Notes under the pieces: generated by a model
Told to the model about the DNA's origin: nothing
The model's input: the letters and a program-made list of their open reading frames with translations, nothing else
The model's database searches: none
Position numbers and translations under genes: made by a program
Shown: piece after piece, positions 9,597 through 19,502 of the stretch
Numbering within the stretch: the first letter of the stretch is position 1
How the letters are laid out: each line of letters begins with the position of its first letter
DNA from: Alphaproteobacteria bacterium
GTDB taxonomy: Bacteria > Pseudomonadota > Alphaproteobacteria > RF32 > CAG-239
Direction: 5' to 3'
Length of the DNA: 64,000 nt
Assembly (NCBI GenBank): GCA_017937705.1
Contig: JAGBDC010000016.1
Coordinates: forward strand, 27,518-91,517

Positions 9597-10811
9597 CTAT
9601 GACAAACTGGCCTTAACAAAAGGCATTGGATTTACATCTTTACCCTGATATATAATTTCATAATGCAAGTGCGGTCCGGTAGAACGTCCTGTTGAACCCA
9701 ATTCACCGACATCGTCTCCTCGTTCAAGGTATTGTCCTTTTTTCACATAAGATTTATGCAAATGTGCATATTTAGTTATAAAACCATTTCCATGGTCAAC
9801 TTCAACAAGATTTCCGTAGCTTTTGCTATAATAAGACTTCGTAACTTTTCCTTTCGCCATAACCTTAATCTTATTACCGATTCTTCCTGCAAAATCAACT
9901 CCCTTGTGGGTTGCTTTGGTTCTCTTGAACGGGTCTTTTCTGGTTCCGTACTGAGAAGAAATCCAAAAACTTCTTACCGGTTTTCCGATAGGAACATATT
10001 CTAAAACCTCTCGATAGTAAGCAACATCATCAACCGTTTCATACAAACGACTAATTTTATCATTAACCTTTTTTTCTTGTAAAAATTTATTTTCTACCGG
10101 AACATAGGGGCCGCCGCTACGATGCTTTTTATTATTAGCTAGTGCATTAAAATAAAGCCCTTTCTTTTTCAATGGCTCATTAATAGCACTAATGGCACTC
10201 TTAATTTTGCTCATTTCTTCTTCGGCTATCTGCGAAACCTTATCTAAAACATCCATTTCAGCTGCTCGGATATCCTCAACCATATCTTGCATTTCGACCA
10301 ACTTGCGACGCAGTTCATCTCTTTCTGAAACAGCTATATCTCTTTGTAAAGAAACTTCATTAATGCTGGTTTTTTCTTCCAATTTTTCAGTATCAATCCA
10401 CTCCGAATTACTAGTAATTTGTTTTACTTTTTCCTCGACTAAAGATGCTTGTTGTTTATATTGTTCAACATCAAGTTTTTTATCTTCGGTTTCATCAAGA
10501 TTCTTAATCATTTGAGCGATATTACTTTGTAAAGTAACAAAGTCGCCCATCAGATCCATATAAGCATCACGAGTTGCATTAAGCTCAGAGTTTTTGCGAT
10601 TGATAATCAGACCGGAACGATTATACATGTGATGAGAATATCCGCTCCAAGCGGCAACAAATACAACCAATATCAACATTATCAGTTGCATTTTTGACGA
10701 TATATTAAACACTCTTGCTCGTCCATTACTTCTGAAAATAATTTCTTTATTTGAAAAGAACGGTTTTTTTTCAGTATAATTACGAACAATCTTTTTCGGT
10801 AGTTTCTTCAT
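9597..10811 (-). CDS. Membrane-anchored coiled-coil M23 (LytM) metallo-endopeptidase
   Basis: Protein of 404 aa with an N-terminal TM helix and a long coiled coil. The C-terminal LytM domain has HKGVDFAG and GSTGRSTGPHLHYEI motifs. Confidence 0.85.
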   Translation of the reverse strand: MKKLPKKIVRNYTEKKPFFSNKEIIFRSNGRARVFNISSKMQLIMLILVVFVAAWSGYSHHMYNRSGLIINRKNSELNATRDAYMDLMGDFVTLQSNIAQMIKNLDETEDKKLDVEQYKQQASLVEEKVKQITSNSEWIDTEKLEEKTSINEVSLQRDIAVSERDELRRKLVEMQDMVEDIRAAEMDVLDKVSQIAEEEMSKIKSAISAINEPLKKKGLYFNALANNKKHRSGGPYVPVENKFLQEKKVNDKISRLYETVDDVAYYREVLEYVPIGKPVRSFWISSQYGTRKDPFKRTKATHKGVDFAGRIGNKIKVMAKGKVTKSYYSKSYGNLVEVDHGNGFITKYAHLHKSYVKKGQYLERGDDVGELGSTGRSTGPHLHYEIIYQGKDVNPMPFVKASLS

Positions 10812-10914
10812 AATTTCACATGTTCCTTATTCGGAACATATATATCAAAAAAAAACAAAAAAATACAGAACTTTTTTTTATGTATTGAAAAATAAGGAGT
10901 CGCAAGCAATTTAA

Positions 10915-11229
10915 TTATTCTTCATCAAGAATAACGAACTCTCCCTCACCCACAAAATTAAGAACGGTTCTTGCGCGTTCATCAAGCATATCTAAATCTA
11001 AACTTTCTGAAGATAGCAACTTAACCTGTTGATCAAGTGTCTCTTTGTTTCTGCGATAGTGGTCGGCAATGTTGCGGGCGTGGGCGACTTCTTTTTGCAA
11101 ATAAATCAATTTTTGCAGTCCTCTTTCTCCGAATACCGCATTCAAAGTAAAATATATGCCAAGAAGAAAAGTTAATACCCAAAAACCGGTTTTGGTCATT
11201 TTAAGTTTTATATTTTGAAGCCACCCCAT
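10915..11229 (-). CDS. ftsB: Septum formation initiator (FtsB/DivIC family)
   Basis: Protein of 104 aa with an N-terminal TM helix and a coiled coil. Confidence 0.7.
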   Translation of the reverse strand: MGWLQNIKLKMTKTGFWVLTFLLGIYFTLNAVFGERGLQKLIYLQKEVAHARNIADHYRRNKETLDQQVKLLSSESLDLDMLDERARTVLNFVGEGEFVILDEE

Positions 11230-11321
11230 TTTATCAATCCGTTTCTATTTCATAATCAACTATTATTGATTATACGAATTTTTTTATTAAAAATTGGTAA
11301 CTCTTAATGAAATAAATAAAA

Positions 11322-11792
11322 TTATCTTGTTTTCATATCTTTAGGCGGATTCTTTATCATCTTCCACTTACCCGAAGTTCTTCCTTCTCTTATGGCAACA
11401 ATTCGTCCGGCATCAACAGCCTTAAATACCGGAATATAAATTTCCCTGGTTTCTCCCACAGCCATTTCTCCTACATCTTTTAACTGCGGAAAAAACACCT
11501 TTTTATTAATATTTACATGGGTGGTCTTATGTAAAACGGTAAGATTAGAGAAATTATTTACATCTTCACTTTCAGAGCCGGATAAAGGAAAAATATGATG
11601 AATATCCAAATCTTTCGGCAACTTGCCTTCTTTTGCTCGAGCAATTTCTTCTTCGGTAAGCACTCCGTCAAACTGATGAGTATAAGCTAAATATTGAACA
11701 AAGGCTTTTTTAACATGGCGCTCATAAAAACGTCGGTGAGCTTTGCTCACCTCTGGGGAAACTTTTGTAAAAACGACCTTTTTATATTTCAT
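11322..11792 (-). CDS. HNH endonuclease domain protein (orphan)
   Basis: Protein of 156 aa. DIHHIFPLSG followed by NLTVLHKTTHVNIN fits the H-N-H motif. Confidence 0.6.
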   Translation of the reverse strand: MKYKKVVFTKVSPEVSKAHRRFYERHVKKAFVQYLAYTHQFDGVLTEEEIARAKEGKLPKDLDIHHIFPLSGSESEDVNNFSNLTVLHKTTHVNINKKVFFPQLKDVGEMAVGETREIYIPVFKAVDAGRIVAIREGRTSGKWKMIKNPPKDMKTR

Positions 11793-11863
11793 GGCGCCCC
11801 TTTCGGTTTATATTGACATATTATAACTTTCGATTCGAAACACCAATAATTTATTAATATTGT

Positions 11864-12328
11864 CTACAACTTTTTCTGTCGTTTATTTCTGAAAAATATT
11901 TTTAAAATCTCTGAACATTTTTCCTCTAATATTCCGCTTTCAAATTCGGGACGATGATGACAGGTTTTTGCCTCAAAAAATTTAACCCCATTAACAATCG
12001 CTCCACCTTTTTCATCTGCAGCCCCAAAATATACTTTTCTGATTCGCATAAACGAAATTGCGGCAGCACACATCGTGCATGGCTCCAATGTAACATATAA
12101 ATCCATATTCCGCAAACGATTTTGTTTAAGCTTTTTACATGCTTTTTTCATTACTTCCAGTTCGGCATGAGCAAACGCATTTTCTCCATGTTCGCTACGA
12201 TTTCCCGCTTTAGCAATAATTTCGCCTGTTTGAACATCTACAACTATCGCTCCCACGGGAACTTCGTCTTTTTCAAAGGCCTTTTGGGCTTCTTTTAAAG
12301 CTATTTGCATATAATCTTGCGAATTCAT
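11864..12328 (-). CDS. tadA: tRNA-specific adenosine deaminase
   Basis: Protein of 154 aa with HAE...PCTMCAAA zinc-binding CDA-fold motifs. Confidence 0.85.
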   Translation of the reverse strand: MNSQDYMQIALKEAQKAFEKDEVPVGAIVVDVQTGEIIAKAGNRSEHGENAFAHAELEVMKKACKKLKQNRLRNMDLYVTLEPCTMCAAAISFMRIRKVYFGAADEKGGAIVNGVKFFEAKTCHHRPEFESGILEEKCSEILKIFFRNKRQKKL

Positions 12329-12387
12329 CTTTATTTTTCTCCATGTTTAATATATTATAGCTCAAAATTTGTTGAGGATTATTTAAG

Positions 12388-13107
12388 ATGAGTGAAAGAA
12401 TAGCAAAATTTATCGCACGTTCCGGTGTTTGTTCCCGACGAGCTGCAGAAGAATTGATTATGCAAAAAAGAGTTACCGTCAACGGAGAAACCATTAATTC
12501 TCCGGCCTATAATGTTGACGGAAGCGAAAAAATATTGATTGACGGAGAAAAGCTTCCGTCAATAGAACAAACTCGTCTCTGGTTATATTATAAACCGGTT
12601 GGTTTAATTACTTCACACAAAGATGCAAGCAGACCGACAGTTTTTGATAATTTACCCGACAATATGCCTCGAGTTATATCTGTAGGTCGCCTTGATCTTA
12701 ATTCTGAAGGATTGTTACTGCTTACCAATAACGGTGAACTTTCTCGTATGCTTGAACTTCCGCAAAACGGCTGGAGCAGACGATATAAAGTAAAAGTACA
12801 CGGGTTCGTAACTCAACAGAAATTGGATTCGCTCAAAAACGGTGTTACCATCGAGGGAATAAACTATGGTCCGGTAAAAATCAGTATAGAAAGCACGCAA
12901 GGAACAAATACTTGGCTTATGGTAACTCTTAATGAAGGAAAAAATCGAGAAATTCGTCGCCTTATGCAACATATCGGCTTAGATGTTGCTCGTTTGATTC
13001 GTTTATCTTATGGCCCATTCCAACTCGGAAGCCTTAAAAAAGGCGAAGTAAAAGAAGTTCCTCACAAGGTTCTGAAAGAACAACTCGGAGGAAAATTTGA
13101 GTTATGA
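12388..13107 (+). CDS. rRNA pseudouridine synthase (RsuA/RluB family, with S4 domain)
   Basis: Protein of 239 aa with an N-terminal S4 domain and the catalytic motif VGRLDLNSEGLLLLTNNG. Confidence 0.8.
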   Translation: MSERIAKFIARSGVCSRRAAEELIMQKRVTVNGETINSPAYNVDGSEKILIDGEKLPSIEQTRLWLYYKPVGLITSHKDASRPTVFDNLPDNMPRVISVGRLDLNSEGLLLLTNNGELSRMLELPQNGWSRRYKVKVHGFVTQQKLDSLKNGVTIEGINYGPVKISIESTQGTNTWLMVTLNEGKNREIRRLMQHIGLDVARLIRLSYGPFQLGSLKKGEVKEVPHKVLKEQLGGKFEL

Positions 13108-13646
13108 GAATAATCGGCGGACTATATAGAGGTAAAAAACTGCTATCTCCCTCGACAACAGACATCAGACCAACTGCTGATAAAGCCAGAGAGTCGGTTT
13201 TTAATATTTTATATTCAAAACTCGACAAACAATGGCAAGAACTCACTGTTGCAGATATTTTTTGCGGTACCGGAGCTTTTGGTCTTGAAGCCGTTTCACG
13301 AGGGGTAAAACAAGTAACACTGGTTGATATAAACACCAATACTGCAGCAAAAAATGTTGCACTATTCCCACAAGAAAAAAACAAAATAAGTTTAATCAAG
13401 GCAAACGCCATAAATTTACCTTTTTCTGCCAAACAATTTGATATTATTTTTACCGATGCTCCATATCATCAAAATTTAAGTGAAAAATCTCTGGTTTCCA
13501 TAATAGAAAAAAAATGGCTTTCGCCCGATGGAATTTGTATTGTAGAAACTGCCCACGACGAAAAATTACCAATTCCCGAAAATATGGAAATCATCGATAT
13601 TCGCCAATACGGAATAGCCAAATTCCATTTTATCACTTTCAAATAA
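13104..13646 (+). CDS. rsmD: 16S rRNA (guanine966-N2)-methyltransferase
   Basis: Protein of 180 aa with DIFCGTGAFGLEA...IIFTDAPY. It overlaps the upstream gene by 4 nt. Confidence 0.8.
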   Translation: MRIIGGLYRGKKLLSPSTTDIRPTADKARESVFNILYSKLDKQWQELTVADIFCGTGAFGLEAVSRGVKQVTLVDINTNTAAKNVALFPQEKNKISLIKANAINLPFSAKQFDIIFTDAPYHQNLSEKSLVSIIEKKWLSPDGICIVETAHDEKLPIPENMEIIDIRQYGIAKFHFITFK

Positions 13647-13659
13647 AATGTATAAAATC

Positions 13660-13692
13660 AAAAAGGCGAGGAAAAATCCCCGCCTTTTATTT
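13660..13692. terminator. Bidirectional intrinsic terminator between rsmD and plsC
   Basis: GGCGAGG-aaaaatc-CCCGCC hairpin flanked by A and T runs. Confidence 0.5.
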
Positions 13693-13708
13693 TCATTAAT
13701 CAGAACTA

Positions 13709-14533
13709 TTATTTATCACCATGATAATTTGCTTTTGTTTCAGGATAGTTTTTCATTGTTTCTTGATTTAACTCTTCACATTTATCTTCAATGCGTTTTT
13801 GCAACTTTTCGATAAATTCGTTTTTATCTCCCTCAACCGTCATCGGCGACATAAATTCAACAATAATCTTTCCGGAAAGGTGACTGAAAGAACTTCTCGG
13901 CCAAAACATACCACTGTTTAACGCCACTGGAACTATCGGCATCTTCAAATTTTGTGCTAAAAACAAAAATCCGGGTTTATATTTCAAGCTTGTTCCGGCT
14001 TTAACTCTGTGTCCCTCAGGAAAAATAATAATTGAACGACCTTTGGCAACTTCTTTTTTTGCGGAAGCCAACATTTTTTTCATTGCACTGGCTCCGGCTG
14101 AACGGTCAACAGGTATCAAACCATACATAGCTTGTACCCAACCGAAAAGAGGAATATAGGTCAATTCTTTTTTCAATATCATAGAACCTTTTTTTATCAC
14201 TGTCGGCAATGCGTATGTCTCCCAAGCAGATTGGTGTTTAGAAGCATAAATCATACCGTCTTTTACATTTTCCAGCCCTCTAAACTCAACCGAAAGACCG
14301 CCAAAAACTCTCAGTCCCCATAAAACCGCCGGCAACATTTTATTACACCACCAGTCCCAATGCCATTTTTGTGGCATAAACCAACCTATTATACTGCAAA
14401 CTATTACCGAAAAGGCAATAACTCCGTAAGTCCATATATTTCCTAATAACGAGCGTATAAAATTCATTTTAATTCTCCTTTTCGATAACCAAACTGTTTG
14501 ATAACAAAACATATAAAAACTTGTTATATTCAC
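13709..14533 (-). CDS. plsC: 1-acyl-sn-glycerol-3-phosphate acyltransferase family protein
   Basis: Protein of 274 aa with HQSAWE and FPEGHR acyltransferase motifs. The likely start is the internal Met (MNFIRS). Confidence 0.75.
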   Translation of the reverse strand: MNITSFYMFCYQTVWLSKRRIKMNFIRSLLGNIWTYGVIAFSVIVCSIIGWFMPQKWHWDWWCNKMLPAVLWGLRVFGGLSVEFRGLENVKDGMIYASKHQSAWETYALPTVIKKGSMILKKELTYIPLFGWVQAMYGLIPVDRSAGASAMKKMLASAKKEVAKGRSIIIFPEGHRVKAGTSLKYKPGFLFLAQNLKMPIVPVALNSGMFWPRSSFSHLSGKIIVEFMSPMTVEGDKNEFIEKLQKRIEDKCEELNQETMKNYPETKANYHGDK

Positions 14534-15053
14534 CGGCTAACAAAGTAAATGTTCGCCAACTTTTCCACCATTCTTTTGAAACTTTATCAGAATAAACCGG
14601 ATATGAAATAATTTCCAATTTCGGATTACGATAATTAAATTCCGCCATACTGCGAGGCATGTGATAATTTGATGTAACCAAATAAATCGATTTAATTTTA
14701 TTATCCTTAACCCAGCTAGACGCTTCTATCGCATTTTCAACCGTATTTGTGGATTTTTTATCCAAAGTTATATTTTCCGAATTTATAATTTCCACATCTT
14801 TTCTTTTTTGCAATGCCTTTAACGATGTATCCTTAAATACTCCGGAAACAAACATTTTATCGGCTTTTTTATTATTCAGTAATTTTACCGCTTCTTTAAG
14901 ACGATTTCTACCGCCGGTCAAAACCACAATCGCATCAGCTTTTTGTGTATCATCAATTTCAAAATCGTTTATACGATGATTGAACGCAACAAATCCGCTA
15001 AACCAAAGCAAGAACAATATAAATATAAAAATGATTTGTTTTTTTGTTACCAT
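14469..15053 (-). CDS. DUF218 (YdcF/ElyC/SanA-like) protein
   Basis: Protein of 194 aa with a signal anchor followed by the VVLTGG...FVSG pattern. Confidence 0.6.
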   Translation of the reverse strand: MVTKKQIIFIFILFLLWFSGFVAFNHRINDFEIDDTQKADAIVVLTGGRNRLKEAVKLLNNKKADKMFVSGVFKDTSLKALQKRKDVEIINSENITLDKKSTNTVENAIEASSWVKDNKIKSIYLVTSNYHMPRSMAEFNYRNPKLEIISYPVYSDKVSKEWWKSWRTFTLLAGEYNKFLYVLLSNSLVIEKEN

Positions 15054-15968
15054 TTACATCATTCTCTCTAAAGTACGTTTAACCGTATAATATGCCGTTT
15101 GCATTGCAACCAATGATGAAAACAACGGCAAACTCAAAATTATTATCCATGCTCCTGTAGAAAGATTGGCTTCATTAATAATACCACCTTCAATTTGTTG
15201 TGCCAAATGCGCAATCAAAAAGATAACCGGTATGGATATGGCAACTCCGATAACTCCTCCGATACCACCAAGCCATGCCGTTCTGATTGCATATTGTTGG
15301 GCAATATATGTATCTTTTGCGCCCATGAGGTGTAAAATTTCAATCACATCTTTATGCAGACCTAAACTTGTTTGAGTAGTATAGAATATTGCTCCCGAGG
15401 TTACACAAACAACCAACATTAAAACAGCTAAAGCTAACATTTTTAATCCGGCAGCAAAATTTATTAATTTATTGAGCCACAATTTGTGATTATCCAAAGA
15501 TGCCTGTGGTGCAATATGCGCAAGTTTTTGAGCCAAGATATTAAAATCAACATCCGCTCCCGGTTTTAACCTCACATCTATCAGACGAGGAATTGGCAGA
15601 TCTTGAGTTTTTATATCATCTCCCAACCAAGGTTTCAAAAGTCTTTGCAACTGTTCGTCTGTGAGCGGTGTAACTTTTTGAACTTCCGGCATAGCTTCAA
15701 GCATTGCGACCGTTCTTTGCTCTTGAATAATTGTTTCGTTTCTAGCTTTTTCTTTATCTACGCTGTTTTCAGGAATAATTTGAACCGTTAAAGAGCCCAA
15801 AATACTGCTATTCCAATTAACCAACATCGAATTAATCGATAAAACTCCGGCCAAAGTTACCGAAAACAAAAAGACCGAAATAGATATCATAACTTTCAAA
15901 AACAAGTTTGAACTATCTTTTGATAAGGGCAATTCACGGTCACGCAAAGATTTAAATTTCCATATCAT
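15054..15968 (-). CDS. ftsX: Cell division permease
   Basis: Protein of 304 aa with the FtsX topology of four TM helices, adjacent to ftsE. Confidence 0.85.
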   Translation of the reverse strand: MIWKFKSLRDRELPLSKDSSNLFLKVMISISVFLFSVTLAGVLSINSMLVNWNSSILGSLTVQIIPENSVDKEKARNETIIQEQRTVAMLEAMPEVQKVTPLTDEQLQRLLKPWLGDDIKTQDLPIPRLIDVRLKPGADVDFNILAQKLAHIAPQASLDNHKLWLNKLINFAAGLKMLALAVLMLVVCVTSGAIFYTTQTSLGLHKDVIEILHLMGAKDTYIAQQYAIRTAWLGGIGGVIGVAISIPVIFLIAHLAQQIEGGIINEANLSTGAWIIILSLPLFSSLVAMQTAYYTVKRTLERMM

Positions 15969-16668
15969 CTGTGCGCTCCCCCGGTTTTATAATTGAAAGA
16001 CCTTTGTTTTTGAGATGAATACAAGGATATTTGAAATCACGAATGAGATTTTCATTGTGAGTTGCAATGACAACGGTTGTTCCCAAACGATTTAGCTCGA
16101 CGAACAATTTCATCAACTTCGGAGCAATATCATTATCTACGTTTCCGGTCGGTTCGTCGGCAAGCAAAATATCCGGACGATTAATTACGGCTCGTGCAAT
16201 AGCCACACGTTGTTTTTCACCACCTGATAATGTAGATGTCAATGCTGATGTACTTCTGTCTATTTCCACCCAACGCAATAATTCGTTAACACGCTTTTTT
16301 ATCTCTTTTTCGCCCATTCCGCATACTCTCAAAGGCAAGGCGACATTATCAAAAGCCGATGTATGTTCCAACAATCGGAAATCTTGAAAAACAACCCCGA
16401 TTCGACGTCGAAACATTGCTAAAGAATTGCGATTGGTAAAATTAACATTATTACCGAATACGCTCACACGTCCTCTACTCGGTTTTTGTGCCAAATACAT
16501 CATACTTAATAACGATGTCTTTCCGGCTCCGCTTCGTCCGGTTAAAAAATGGAACGAACCTCGCTCCAACGAAAGATTAACATTACTGAGAATTTCCGGT
16601 CCACGTCCGTATCTGATACCGACATTTTCCATCTCAATAATAATATCTTTTTTCGGGTTATTTGCCAT
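15952..16668 (-). CDS. ftsE: Cell division ABC ATPase
   Basis: Protein of 238 aa with Walker A GRSGAGKT, signature LSGGEKQR and Walker B ILLADEP. Confidence 0.9.
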   Translation of the reverse strand: MANNPKKDIIIEMENVGIRYGRGPEILSNVNLSLERGSFHFLTGRSGAGKTSLLSMMYLAQKPSRGRVSVFGNNVNFTNRNSLAMFRRRIGVVFQDFRLLEHTSAFDNVALPLRVCGMGEKEIKKRVNELLRWVEIDRSTSALTSTLSGGEKQRVAIARAVINRPDILLADEPTGNVDNDIAPKLMKLFVELNRLGTTVVIATHNENLIRDFKYPCIHLKNKGLSIIKPGERTDDMEI

Positions 16669-16749
16669 ATATCCTCCTAAAAACTGCCTTTATACTAGTA
16701 TATTATTGCATTTAATAAAGCATTTTTTTGCAGATGTTCCCCATAAAAA

Positions 16750-16777
16750 AAGCCGCAACAGCGACTTTTTTTATTTT
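16750..16777 (-). terminator. argS intrinsic terminator (weak)
   Basis: Hairpin AGUCGC-uguu-GCGGCU followed by a U-run just after the argS stop codon. Confidence 0.4.
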
Positions 16778-18508
16778 TTAAGCTTTCGGCATAACCTCGG
16801 GAGCTTCAATTCCCAACAAATATAACAATGTTGTCAAAACATCTTTGGTTAATTTCGCCAGACCGACACGAGAAGACGCGATTTCAATAGTTTCTGCCCC
16901 TTTAACCGGAGAAGAATTATAAAAACTACTGAACAACTGCGCTAAAGTATAGGCATAATCAGAAATAATACTAGGTTCTTTTTCAGAAACAGAACGCATA
17001 ATAACGTTGCTCATCTGAGCTATTTTTAGCGCTAAATTACGCTCTTCATTATTGGTTATAATGATTTTTCCTGCTGTAATATCCGCATTTTTGCGCATAA
17101 CAGAGTTTATTCGAGCAATTGCATACTGAATATATGGACCGGTTTTTCCTTCAAAATTAGCAAAATCTTCCAAATCAAAAATATATCCTGATGCAATATT
17201 GTTTTTCAAATCCTGAAACTTGATTGCCCCAACCGCAACTTGAGAAATAAGCTTATTTAATTCCTCTTGTGTAAGTCCGCTTTCTCCTCCTGCTTTTGGC
17301 ATAGATTCGGCAACCTTGTCTTTTGACATTTGAATCATGTCACACAAATTCATTACACCGCCGTCACGGGTCTTAAACGGTTTTCCGTCTGCTCCGTTTA
17401 CGGTTCCGAAACCGATATGCTTCATAGTAACATTAGGAGCTATACCAAGCTTATCAACTGCTTCAAAAACTTGTTCAAAATGCAATGATTGACGTTTATC
17501 AACAAAATATATAATTTCATCAGCCTTCAAATCATCAACACGCATTTTAATAGTTGCAATATCCGTTGCATGATATGTAAAACCGCCATCAGATTTTTCG
17601 ATAATTACCGGAGGTTTCGGCTTATTTCCTTCTTCTAAACGAATAATATAGGCTCCGTCATCATATTCTAACAAACCTTTTTCTTCGGCAATTTTTTTTA
17701 CATCAAAACAAGTTTTATGAGCATCGGATTCGCCTAACCATAAATCGAAATGAACACCTAATTCTTTATAATTTTCTTTAACCGCATCAACCGAAACTTT
17801 TCTTATATGTCTCCATGCATTAGTATATTCTTCATCCCCATCTTGAAATTTTGCGGTAATAACACGAGCTTTTTCTTTTGCTTTTTCATCTTCTTTGCAA
17901 CGAATATTAGCTTGTTTGTAAAAAGCTGTAATTTCCGCAATATTATAGTTCTCCATTTTATCCAAATTACCGTCATGCTCAATAACTTCCGCCAAAATCA
18001 TTCCTATAGGAGTTCCCCAATCACCGAAATGGACATCAGAAATCGGTTTATTACCAACAAATTCTTCTATTCTCCTGAACGATTCACCAATAACTCCCGA
18101 ACGCAAATGACCTACATGCATTTCTTTTGCCACATTAGGACCACCATAATCCAAAACCACAGTTTTAGGTTCAGCGACGATTGCGCATCCGAAACGCTTA
18201 TCACTTGCCATTTGATTCATTGTTTCTGCAATTAAATCATCGTTCAGAGTAATATTTAAAAACCCCGGACCATCAACCGATATTTTACTGAAATCCTTAT
18301 CCATATTTAATTTTTCAGCAATCATCTCTGCAATTTGTCGCGGATTCTTTTTCTCGGTTTTAGCCAAAGCTAAAGCCCCGTTACACTGAAAATCACTCAA
18401 ATCCGGACGATCAGAATTTTTTATTATTGCAAATCTTTTATCAAATCCTAATTCCTCAAAAATATTCACCAATTTTTTATTTATTATTTCTTCTAAAATA
18501 TAACTCAT
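16778..18508 (-). CDS. argS: Arginyl-tRNA synthetase
   Basis: Protein of 576 aa with the class I HVGH motif and ArgS add-1 and anticodon-binding domains. Confidence 0.95.
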   Translation of the reverse strand: MSYILEEIINKKLVNIFEELGFDKRFAIIKNSDRPDLSDFQCNGALALAKTEKKNPRQIAEMIAEKLNMDKDFSKISVDGPGFLNITLNDDLIAETMNQMASDKRFGCAIVAEPKTVVLDYGGPNVAKEMHVGHLRSGVIGESFRRIEEFVGNKPISDVHFGDWGTPIGMILAEVIEHDGNLDKMENYNIAEITAFYKQANIRCKEDEKAKEKARVITAKFQDGDEEYTNAWRHIRKVSVDAVKENYKELGVHFDLWLGESDAHKTCFDVKKIAEEKGLLEYDDGAYIIRLEEGNKPKPPVIIEKSDGGFTYHATDIATIKMRVDDLKADEIIYFVDKRQSLHFEQVFEAVDKLGIAPNVTMKHIGFGTVNGADGKPFKTRDGGVMNLCDMIQMSKDKVAESMPKAGGESGLTQEELNKLISQVAVGAIKFQDLKNNIASGYIFDLEDFANFEGKTGPYIQYAIARINSVMRKNADITAGKIIITNNEERNLALKIAQMSNVIMRSVSEKEPSIISDYAYTLAQLFSSFYNSSPVKGAETIEIASSRVGLAKLTKDVLTTLLYLLGIEAPEVMPKA

Positions 18509-18523
18509 TATTCTTTCCTACAA

Positions 18524-18886
18524 TTATCTGACACATTGAAACTTTGCATAAGTGGGAGTAAACAAGCGACACGAAAATCTTTCTTCACCTTCAAATGATG
18601 CGGATGTTCCCGTATTGTGTTTTACACACTCTTCATTTGCCATTTTTTGCACTTCTTCAAAATCGGTAGCCCACCCATTATAGCATACAACCGGAGCATC
18701 TGTCTTTGATGTGCCGACATATAGCCCCGCGCCGGTTCTTCCGGCCTCCCTTCGTCGATCCACAAAAGGCTGTGTAAAAGAACATGCGCTTAAAAACAAA
18801 ACTAATAAAACAGCTTGAGCCATTTTTTTTCTAGACAATTTCAAAATCTCCATTAAAGTAAATATGTGGTACAACAATTTATACAT
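18524..18886 (-). CDS. Small Cys-rich lipoprotein, hypothetical
   Basis: The likely start is MAQAVLLVLFLSAC (lipobox LSAC) at about 18823. Mature protein of about 80 aa with 5 Cys. Confidence 0.4.
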   Translation of the reverse strand: MYKLLYHIFTLMEILKLSRKKMAQAVLLVLFLSACSFTQPFVDRRREAGRTGAGLYVGTSKTDAPVVCYNGWATDFEEVQKMANEECVKHNTGTSASFEGEERFSCRLFTPTYAKFQCVR

Positions 18887-18899
18887 GAAGAAGTAAAAA

Positions 18900-19487
18900 A
18901 TGCAAATTCAAAATAACTATATTGGTGATGATAAATTTACAAAAATGCTGGAACACTACAAATGTCCGGCTCCTTTATCATTGATAAGAATGCGCTTTGC
19001 TGGTGCAATGTGCTCCCCTAACTTAAACTTACGTCCTACCGACGTAATATCGTCATTATGGCCTGACGGCCAAGCTCCACGCCTTCAAACGAAAGAAGAA
19101 GCTGATTTGTTCTTCAAATTTTTCATGGGTTTTTGGGATGAAATTTTCAAACAGGTCACAAGTAGAAAGTTCAAACTTCCGTTACATAAAATCATTACCG
19201 GAAATGATTTGGTTTCAACTTGCAGACAAAGAGCTCTTGATGTTGAAGATGGTTTTTTAGAAGGTTTTTGGGGTGGACTTGAAGATGCAGATCTTCCCGA
19301 AGATATAGCTGAAATTATCGAGTCTGTTTCTGATTTGGTTGAGGCTTATGGATATTTGGGCAACTGCACTTTTACCGAAAATGAGCTTAACGCTTTGAGC
19401 AGAACAGTTACCGAAACAGATGAAATGGTTAATCGTTGTATTGATTATATTATCGAAAACTACGCATTACCACGTTTTAAAAAATAG
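18900..19487 (+). CDS. UPF0149 (YgfB/YecA-like) family protein
   Basis: Protein of 195 aa with AGAMCSP...W and an acidic C-terminal half, resembling E. coli YgfB. Confidence 0.45.
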   Translation: MQIQNNYIGDDKFTKMLEHYKCPAPLSLIRMRFAGAMCSPNLNLRPTDVISSLWPDGQAPRLQTKEEADLFFKFFMGFWDEIFKQVTSRKFKLPLHKIITGNDLVSTCRQRALDVEDGFLEGFWGGLEDADLPEDIAEIIESVSDLVEAYGYLGNCTFTENELNALSRTVTETDEMVNRCIDYIIENYALPRFKK

Positions 19488-19502
19488 TTTCACGAGGCCA
19501 AA

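Noticed and set aside
10192-10515. 107-aa Ser-rich plus-strand ORF
   Set aside because: It is antisense to the M23 peptidase coiled-coil region. The low-complexity Ser/Ile composition reflects the Glu/Leu-rich sense frame.
17807-18235. 142-aa plus-strand ORF inside argS
   Set aside because: It is antisense to a highly conserved aminoacyl-tRNA synthetase gene and is low-complexity (Phe/Ile/Asn-rich).
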